The notes beneath the pieces were generated by a model. That model was not told the origin of the DNA and did no database searches. It saw only the letters and a list, made by a program, of their open reading frames with translations. 64,000 nt of DNA, taken from NCBI GenBank assembly GCA_976226885.1, contig OZ320320.1, forward strand, positions 61,876,001-61,940,000, written 5' to 3'. Origin of the DNA: Iphione sp. A-MEVVRFRX5 (Eukaryota). The translations under genes and the position numbers were made by a program. Positions 13,301 through 21,305 of this stretch are shown here, in pieces (position 1 is the first letter of the stretch; each line of letters begins with the position of its first letter).

Positions 13301-14930
13301 ACTGTACATTCTGCTCTTCCATATAATTATAGTGATCACTATCAATGAGCCATCATGTGTGTGATTTACTGTATAGAAAAAGAAATTATGGTACATACAA
13401 AATACTTAAAATATAACTGATATATAATTTATATATTCTAGTATGAAGGGTCTAGTGAATGCAGTCAATATTATTAATTATGACCTAAGAGCAATTTTCC
13501 TTTCTCAGTGTAGCTTATAAACATTTTTCCCATTATGTTATAGAAAGGAGACAGCTTTCACTCCTTTCTGAGGAGGGGGAGGGTGGAGTGGGTGGAGACC
13601 CTATCAGGACTACTGTGCAATCCTCCATCTTACTGACTGGCAGGATTTTTGTACAATAAAAATTTGATTAAGGATGAACAAATTTAAAAGCGTGTGTTTT
13701 TCTGAAAATTTGATGGACAAGATATGTCTCTTTCTGCTAGGGATAGGCAATTGAAGTTAGTATGGTAGTAGTTAACGATAGATGCTAAGAACTGTAAAAA
13801 AATAGTTAAGTTTAGCAACGAACCCTTCGAGGTATAAAGGTTTTGTTCTCTCTTTTTTATTACAGGGAAACATAACCATCTCACGTTTTTAATAGATAAC
13901 TGTAAACCCTGAAGGGCAGGTATTTACGAATCATTCAGATCAACTTGTCTTAACTTACTTCTCATTTTGTTCACTCCAACATTGGTGTCAGAGGAGTACG
14001 CCTTTGCACCTGCACGGCGTTGAGTACATGTGAGTACGTCAGCTGCTTGACTTGCAGCTTCATGTGTATCGGCATCGGGGGAAAGTAACAAGTCATATGT
14101 ATACATGATAAAGTCGGGCGCAAAGAATTTGTCAATTAACACCAGAATTATTGCTACATATTTCTGCTATGAATTTGAAAGGAATAATACCGTTGTGAGA
14201 TATGGCCGTGTAGCTCCAGTAGTTAAATCAACAATCAGGTTAATTTCAAATGTTAGTCCTGTGTTAGAAGGCGATTTTGGCGCTTCAAGATTGGTTGGTT
14301 GGCCGGGAGGGGGGGGGGGCACTATACTCGGCTTCACTCAGCCATGTCTAGCATACGAATTCGAGGGTAAGCCTATACATTTAGTTAGGTTTGCCAAGGG
14401 ATTGACTTCATTTTCCCTCAAACTTTAGTTCAAAACGTCTTGAGGACGTCCCTCTGCAGTGGTCAAAACGGGTCTGGAGTGCTTGGCTAAAGCCAAATAC
14501 GAGGTCAGGTCTCAAGAATCCCAAACACAGCCGAGTTTGGGGTGAAATTGAGGCCTGACTGGGTATTTGGCTTCAACTACAGTTCACCAGGCTGGTTTTG
14601 TCTTTACCCGACCCCCTGAGAGACTGGTAATAACCAATCTGCACTTGTGCCTTGTAGATTTCTATTAGTGTGTCTCGACACCGTCTAGTATGTCTCGACC
14701 CCGTAAGAGGGCTCTGCTGCATTGTCTCCGAAAACATTGACCATACAAGTGCTCAGACCGAGCAAAGATTCGGTCTCCCACCAGGTATGCGGTAACAAGG
14801 TTGGTGGAAATGGGCTGAAAGTAGATTGGTCAACCAGTTCCTTCCTTTGATACCCGAAGTTGAAGAGGCGACTAATCATCTCGATTGTACTATAGACGTG
14901 TTAACGGTCGCTCTGCGGAAAATTTGAATT

Positions 14931-16409
14931 ATGACACGATCTAAGCCACATAAAGACAGCGATGACAAGAAAACTGAGACTGGAAACCTGAGGAGTGGCC
15001 GAGGAAAGGAGAATGGAGTGAACTTACAAGTTTTAGGCAGCTCTTCGACCGAATATGAAGACAAGAATGACGCGGGGGCAACTCAACCAAAGGGGCCTAC
15101 AGAGAACGTGCGGAGTACTGTATTAACGTCCACACGGACCGGGGTCGATACACACAGCAACGGTAGAGACTCTGAGGGAGACCGCACGGTCCCCATGCCC
15201 GGTGCAAATGAAGGAGACCTGAGGACTGCACTGTCTGCTATCCTCACGAATGAGCAAAGAGTACTCCATGAACTACAGGAGCTAAGGAAGCAAGGAAGCC
15301 AGAATAATGCGGATGACATGCAACAAGTTGAGCGGTTAGTGAAAACAAACGTTGAACTAGTTGAACTAATGAATAAGGTGCTGGAAAGGGTAGACGAACT
15401 AAAAAACAGAGTGGATGAATTGGAGCGGGGGCCAGTCACAATAGAAAAAGATGAGGCAGCGGAAAACAACAACCTGGAGGAAAATGTCTACGAGCGGAGA
15501 TGGAATCTGATTCTCAAGGGTATCCCTGAAAGCGAGGACACAGACCTACGGGAAACAGTGCTTGATCTATTATGGCACTTAGACCATAACACGACCGAAA
15601 AGGACATTTTCAGTGTTGAAAGAATTGGCAAGGCGAGACAGGGAGCTGAGAGAAATGTACTTCTCTCATTCAACTCGACCTTTGCACGAAATAAGATCTA
15701 CAGTAAAAGGTTCAAACTGAAATCCAACGAAGAATATTCCTCCATCTACATTAAGGAGGACATCCCTTGGGAGGCGATGACATTACACCGGGATCTACAT
15801 AAAATCGCAGGGGAAGCGAGGCGAAACGGCCTGAAAGCGAGCGTCAGGGGCATCACATTGGTGTTAGAAGGGATTAAATATGGGCACCGGGAACTTGACA
15901 ATCTGCCGTACAGCTTGAGCAGGGAGAGCGCAAACACTATTGAAGACGAGAATACAATAGCAGTGAAGGGCGAAAGCTGTAGACTGTCAAGCCTATACCC
16001 AAGACCAATAGAACTACAGGGTGAAAGCTTCAGGTCGGCAGAGCATGCGTTTCAATTCAAAAAAGCTATCGGTTGCAACGAGAACGAGACCGCCGCGCGA
16101 ATAAAATCAGTTGAGAGTTCATTCGAGGCGAGAAAGCTAGGGGAATCGGTCAATGCTACTGCAGGCTGGCGAAAGAAAGAATTAAGCGTATTGTTTGAAG
16201 TTCAAAAGGCAAAATTCGAACAGCACGAGGACCTGCAACACCTGCTGGAGGATACTGGATCAAAGGACATTGTTGAGGTATCTACGAACGAATTTCTAGG
16301 TAGCGGGAAGGGGGCACTCGATAACACTTTATTGAGGGGTACTTACAAGGGTGAAAACAAGATTGGCCGCGCTCTAGAAAATGTTAGGGACTACCTGTTT
16401 CCGTGTTAG
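14931..16409 (+). CDS. LINE C ORF1 (492 aa): coiled coil-RRM-CTD fused to a C-terminal NADAR/YbiA (DUF1768)-like domain
   Basis: Heptad region, RRWNLILKGIPESED RRM start, CTD-like VRGITLVLEGIKY; then LSSLYP, SAEHAFQFKKA, EARKLG, W, AKFEQH, LLEDTG, IVEVS, GENKIGRAL, in the order of NADAR motifs (recognised by eye). Confidence 0.88.
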   Translation: MTRSKPHKDSDDKKTETGNLRSGRGKENGVNLQVLGSSSTEYEDKNDAGATQPKGPTENVRSTVLTSTRTGVDTHSNGRDSEGDRTVPMPGANEGDLRTALSAILTNEQRVLHELQELRKQGSQNNADDMQQVERLVKTNVELVELMNKVLERVDELKNRVDELERGPVTIEKDEAAENNNLEENVYERRWNLILKGIPESEDTDLRETVLDLLWHLDHNTTEKDIFSVERIGKARQGAERNVLLSFNSTFARNKIYSKRFKLKSNEEYSSIYIKEDIPWEAMTLHRDLHKIAGEARRNGLKASVRGITLVLEGIKYGHRELDNLPYSLSRESANTIEDENTIAVKGESCRLSSLYPRPIELQGESFRSAEHAFQFKKAIGCNENETAARIKSVESSFEARKLGESVNATAGWRKKELSVLFEVQKAKFEQHEDLQHLLEDTGSKDIVEVSTNEFLGSGKGALDNTLLRGTYKGENKIGRALENVRDYLFPC

Positions 16410-16487
16410 CCAGAGAATTAAGCTAGGACATGTGCCGACTCCGAAATACCTTATCTATTTGCTGTGACATTGTCTCTTATATGAAAG

Positions 16488-17093
16488 ATGCGCCTACGAG
16501 TGAGATACGTGACGGACGAGAGGGGCATGTCGCTCGGCCAGGGAGTCGGGGATCGGATGACGCAGTCGTGTCGCTGGCTTACAATGGTAGAGGGTGGAAT
16601 CAGCCTGGAGGATCTAGTACGATGCACGGAGCAAGCACCATTGGACGAATATGATGTTACCTTGATCCATTTGGGCATGCATACGCTTGTCGAAGGGATC
16701 GGGCACTGTGAAATCGTCCGCCATCGTTCCAGACCTGAACTTGCGGAGAGCGTACTGGACATGATGATGACAGTCGGTGAGAGGTTGGTGACCCCGTACA
16801 TGCACGAGGTTGTGTTTCTTCCTATTTTTGGCAAGATTATTGGTTCTGGTTGCCCAGAATGTCAGGCTGAACTAAATGAACATGTTACCATATATAATGA
16901 AGCCTGCCATGCAGCGAATGCAAGGAACGGGCTTGGCACACCAAACACTTATTGGCCTGTCCATGAGTACAATGACGAGGAAGAAATCTTCAGAAATGAA
17001 CTGATTGTTGACAACATAAATGTCGTACCACATGTCGAATCAAATTGGATATCCGAAATAGAGGAATTCATCACGATTAACTTTCTCACTTGA
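16488..17093 (+). CDS. LINE C middle ORF (201 aa): degenerate SGNH/GDSL-hydrolase-like protein
   Basis: Block order RYVTDERGMSL / VEGGISLEDL / DVTLIHLGMHTL / IVDNINV resembles SGNH blocks I, II, III and V with catalytic residues replaced; intact frame inside the element. Confidence 0.6.
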   Translation: MRLRVRYVTDERGMSLGQGVGDRMTQSCRWLTMVEGGISLEDLVRCTEQAPLDEYDVTLIHLGMHTLVEGIGHCEIVRHRSRPELAESVLDMMMTVGERLVTPYMHEVVFLPIFGKIIGSGCPECQAELNEHVTIYNEACHAANARNGLGTPNTYWPVHEYNDEEEIFRNELIVDNINVVPHVESNWISEIEEFITINFLT

Positions 17094-17502
17094 ACATACT
17101 TTAGCCACTTTTCCGTTTCATTTTTTCAACTTCTAAAAAATCATGCAATAGTTGAATTATCATTATTCCTTTTCTCCAAACAGTGACATTTCCAGGGTGA
17201 GTTATCACTGTCACTAAATGAACACATAGACTTGCACATATTTCTTTCTATACCCAAAGACAGCTGTGATATTATACTACACTGCATAAGTTCTAACTAG
17301 AACTTAAGTATACCACTTGGTTGTTTGAATCATGAAAGGTAGATCTGTTATATTCTGTTACCACTGATCACTGTTACCACTGTTCCCGAGGAATACAGTG
17401 ACTTACACATTTTTCCTTTTAATGTCCAGCAACAGCTGCGATAGTTTGCTACACCACAAAAGGTCTAGTTGTCATTTATGTAAACCATTTATTGTTTGAA
17501 TC

Positions 17503-20282
17503 ATGAAGGGAGACCATTTATATTCTGGAACGCCCATAGTCTTTACCCGAAAGTCGAGGAACTGAAGGATATGTTATGTAAACATAGCCCACACGCACTA
17601 TGCATAGGGGAGACTTGGTTACGTGATTCAGTCCTAAACAGTCAACTGGCCCATGCGGGTTATACCATCTTCAGGCAGGATAGAGTGGGCCTTCAAAAAA
17701 GCAAAGGAGGGGGCCTACTAGCGTATATCTCAAACAAATCCCAGTGTACTGAAATAACTGAACTAAGCAAAGTAAGTGAAGATATTGAGGGACTCTGGCT
17801 TAAAATAGTGACACCGCACAGGAAAAAATTGAGCCTGGGTGTACTGTATGCGCCCCCAGGAGGGAATATAGATGCCATAGTCAAGTACTTAAATGAGTGT
17901 CTCCTAATCCTAAAAAAAGAGAAATCCAGTGATATACTGTTTGGGGGTGACATAAATGTTGACTGGTCCAAGGCAAACTTGCGTATGAGTAAACTACTAA
18001 AGTTAAGTCAAACTTTTAAGTTGCACCAGTATATTAGAGAACCTACCCTGATACACCGCAGTAGTAAATCTGTTCTTGATCTCATATTCAGTAACATGAG
18101 CCATATAACTGCAACAGGTGCTTTAAACGTACATGCCAGTGATCATGCTCCAGTTTTTGTGTTAAACAAGAAGATCAGGGAGCGTGATGCCTCAGAAACA
18201 AAGAAAATCCGTAGCTGGAGGAGGTACAACAGAGTAGCGCTTGAGCAGGAACTAGCAGGCACACTAAGAGAGGTAGAAAATGGCGAGGGTACACTAGCGG
18301 AGGAAAAATGGAACTGCTTGCAGCACGGAATAGAGAAAGCGACTGAAGTGTTGTGCCCGTTTAGAGACTGTCGTGTCAGGCCAGACAGGGGTTGGGTCAC
18401 ACCAGAAATTAATGAGTCGAGGCTAAACAGGGACTTTTTCCTTGACGATTTTAGGGAGACAGGTAATATTGACAGTCTAAGGATTTCTAAATTTTACAAA
18501 TCAAAAGTCCAGAAACTAGTGTTCACAGCAAAAAAGAGACACCTAACACAGGCGCTGAGAGAGTGCAATTCTCCCAATGAATACTGGAAGTGCATAAACG
18601 ATCAGGTACTGTGTAGGAAGGAGAAGCATTCTAATATCGTACTGAAAGGAGGACAAAGCGTAGCAGACGTAGACAATGTACCGAGAGTCCTAAACCAGTA
18701 CTTCATCTCCCAGGCGGAGAGTTTATCAGGATCAATATCGGTTAAAGAAATGGAGTGGGACCCCAGCTGGGACCTAAAACCAGTAACACATAAGACCTTA
18801 TGTAAAGCGATCCAGTCATTAAAAACAACAAAACCTAGTGGAATGGAAGGGATACCGACAGTAGTATTGAAGGACTCATTACTCGTTGCGTCAGAACAGC
18901 TGCTGGGAATAATAAATTCAATGATACTCACAGGGACTTTTCCGACGCAGTGGAAAGTAGCACGCATAACGCCACTACACAAGAAGGGCTCAAAGACTGA
19001 AAAATCCAACTATAGGCCAGTTTCCATACTACCTATGATTGGAAAACTGGTTGAAAAGTTGGTACATTCGCAGCTGAGAGACTATCTAGAAAGCAGTGGG
19101 TACTTCTGTCAGCAGCAACATGGGTTTAGGCAAGAGCGGGGAACTGCAACTGCATTAGCTGTATTTCTGCGAGACTTGTACAGTGCAGTTGACCAGGGAA
19201 AGTATATATCCAGTATCTGTTTTGACCTGACTAAAGCATTTGATGTAATCGATCATTCACTAATCATTGCAAGCTTAAAACGAGCGGGTACTGGGGAAAG
19301 GATGATAGCATGGGCAAAGTCATACCTAGCAGACCGATATCAATTTGTCAAATGCAATGGATACTGCTCTGGCCAGTTACCAGTCCGACAAGGGGTACCA
19401 CAAGGGAGCCTAATGGGCCCGTTGATGTTTACGTTGATCATAAATGCACTTCCAGGCTCACTAGCAATAACAAAATCCATACTTTACGCTGACGATCTGA
19501 CAATCTACTGCGAGGCGAGCAACGCCATGGCTCTACACTTGAAATTGCAGCGTGGCATACGTGACGTTGTGAACTGGACAACAGCGAACGGACTGACATT
19601 AAATGCGAAAAAGACTGTATGTATCTCCTTTGGAAAAGCAAGGGGACTTGATCTCGACCTATCTTTGTTTGACCAGAGGATAACTATGGTTAATCAATGC
19701 ACTTTTCTGGGTTACACCCTAGATGACAGGTTGGGGTGGAAGCCTATGGTGAATATTATGGTAAAGAAATTAAGAGCTAGATCGCATGCACTATCAAAGG
19801 TAATAAAACTGGTGCCGTTTAAGGACCGAGTAGTGATGCTGAAAGCATTTGTAGTGCCAGTGCTAGACTACGGTTTACCCTTTGTAGTAACTACATCGAA
19901 GTCGCTAATAGACAACCTGCAGATCGAGCTAAATCGCGCAATCAAATTAGTGTTATTGGGAAGTCTAAGGGCTGAGCGGTCGGCAACATCACTACGAAGA
20001 GTGGTGGACTTGCCAACAGTAAATCAAAGGGGTAGGCATCAGTTGGTATGTCTTATTCACCGTGTGCATCTACTGAACGAGTGTGTGGTGCTGGAGTGAC
20101 CACGTAGATCACGAAGAAGTGGTATTGCTCAACTCAGCGTAAAACGCCCAAGACTCTCCTTGTATGCAAAATCTTTCTGGAATCAGGGACTATTAGCCTG
20201 GAACAGTTTACCGTTCCCACCAAAAAGTAGACTAGATGTGAGTACTTTCAAGAAGTTGCTGAGCAATGTAGAATCTGTGTAG
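17503..20282 (+). pseudogene. LINE C ORF2: APE endonuclease plus reverse transcriptase, with a probable 1-nt deletion after the ATG and a premature TGA at 20097-20099
   Basis: APE motifs WNAHSL, CIGETWL, GGGL, LYAPP, GGDINVD, LDLIF, SDHAP; RT motifs NYRPVSIL, QHGFR, FDLTKAFD, GVPQGS, YADD; the frame resumes after the TGA with SFWNQGLLAWNSLP...FKKLL to TAG 20280-20282. Confidence 0.92.
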
Positions 20283-20802
20283 GAGTAGTCCACGATGCAG
20301 CTGTTTTGATCCGTTAGATGTGAAAACATGTAACTATGTACGATAGCTTTGTCATTGAAACGATCTTAAGGTATTAAGATGCTTGTAATATAGGGATATC
20401 TGCATGAGAGGGTTGATACTGTGATGTATTTTTTAAATGTATAATGTGTCACTATTATCCAACTGCATGTACCAAGTCGAATATGACTGCATATCTGGTG
20501 TTAACATTTCTCGTTACTTGTGTGTTCATACCAAATTAGCACCAACTTGTAAACTGTTTTTGTTATCTTTTATGTTTAATCACTATACACCACGCATGCT
20601 TGTTATTATACACTATTTCTAGTTTGTTATTATTACAGTGACTGAAAACGAGAGGTTGACCGTATCAAGTAAAATCAATTTTCTTTTCTCCTACTAGTAT
20701 TATTCATTTACCTTTAAAATGTCTTTATGTTTATTCTCTCTTACTCTTGCCTGTTCACTGGAAGGACCTCCGTGTATATCACCTGATCTACCTTGAGAAG
20801 TG

Positions 20803-20834
20803 AATAAAGCAATTTGAATCTTGAATCTTGAATC
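20803..20834 (+). repeat. 3' tail of LINE C: AATAAA plus (TTGAATC)3
   Basis: gaataaagcaatttgaatcttgaatcttgaatc. Confidence 0.92.
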
Positions 20835-20911
20835 TTTGCTCAACAAAATAAGTTATGTAAGTATTTGACCCTCGCAGAAGCCCATTTCAAGAGGGGGAGT
20901 CAGGGGGTACC

Positions 20912-21092
20912 CAATAACGCTTCACCAAGAATTTAAAACAGCCATGACGCTTAAAGAAGGGACAGATAACGCTTCACCAAGAATTGATTTCTTCATCTCC
21001 CATCACCAGGATATGCTGAATAACGGTTCACCTTGATTTAGGGAAGCAAATAATGCTTTACCAAGAATTGAAAAGTACCCATAATGCTTCAT
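20912..21092. repeat. Degenerate short direct repeats (ataacgcttcaccaagaatt, ~5 copies)
   Basis: Two exact 20-mers and three decayed copies at irregular spacing. Confidence 0.75.
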
Positions 21093-21199
21093 TTAAATAG
21101 GTGTCCCCCCTGTATTTCAGACAGATTTGCACTATAAAATTTTATTCTAATGTGACAGTAAGAAAAAAAATTGGAAATGGGAATCTATTTGTTGAGGAT

Positions 21200-21201
<2 letters not shown>

Positions 21202-21259
<58 letters not shown>

Positions 21260-21305
21260 GGGAGAGAGACAGAGACAGAAAGAGATGGAGGGGAGAAAGA
21301 GAGAG
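21202..21305. repeat. (GA)n microsatellite
   Basis: Direct reading. Confidence 0.98.

Larger units (their letters stand above)
14931..20834 (+). mobile_element. LINE C: young three-ORF CR1/L2-group non-LTR retrotransposon; 5' UTR extends an unknown distance upstream of 14931
   Basis: ORF1, extra ORF, APE-RT ORF2, ~550-bp 3' UTR, AATAAA at 20803 and (TTGAATC)3 at 20814-20834. Confidence 0.95.

Noticed and set aside
11870-13400. Short open stretches in the AT-rich region between LINE B and LINE C
   Set aside because: No coherent exon chain or recognisable domain; stops in all frames.
14300-14930. Target-site duplications and exact 5' ends for LINE A and LINE C
   Set aside because: No match to the 3' flanks was found, so the 5' boundaries are left undefined.
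15960-17093. Bacterial DarT1-NADAR toxin-antitoxin pair or contamination
   Set aside because: The NADAR is fused in frame to a LINE ORF1, the next ORF shows no ADP-ribosyltransferase motifs I can recognise, and the unit sits within a tailed retroelement.
15083-19009. Antisense ORFs inside LINE C (e.g. 15083..15472, 16451..16834, 18602..19009)
   Set aside because: Shadow frames of real coding sequence.
20912-21092. Repeat-spacer pattern (ataacgcttcaccaagaatt) resembling a CRISPR array
   Set aside because: Spacers are irregular (about 10-33 nt) and partly made of the same repeat, copies decay quickly, there are no cas genes, and the context is eukaryotic; it is a degenerate minisatellite.
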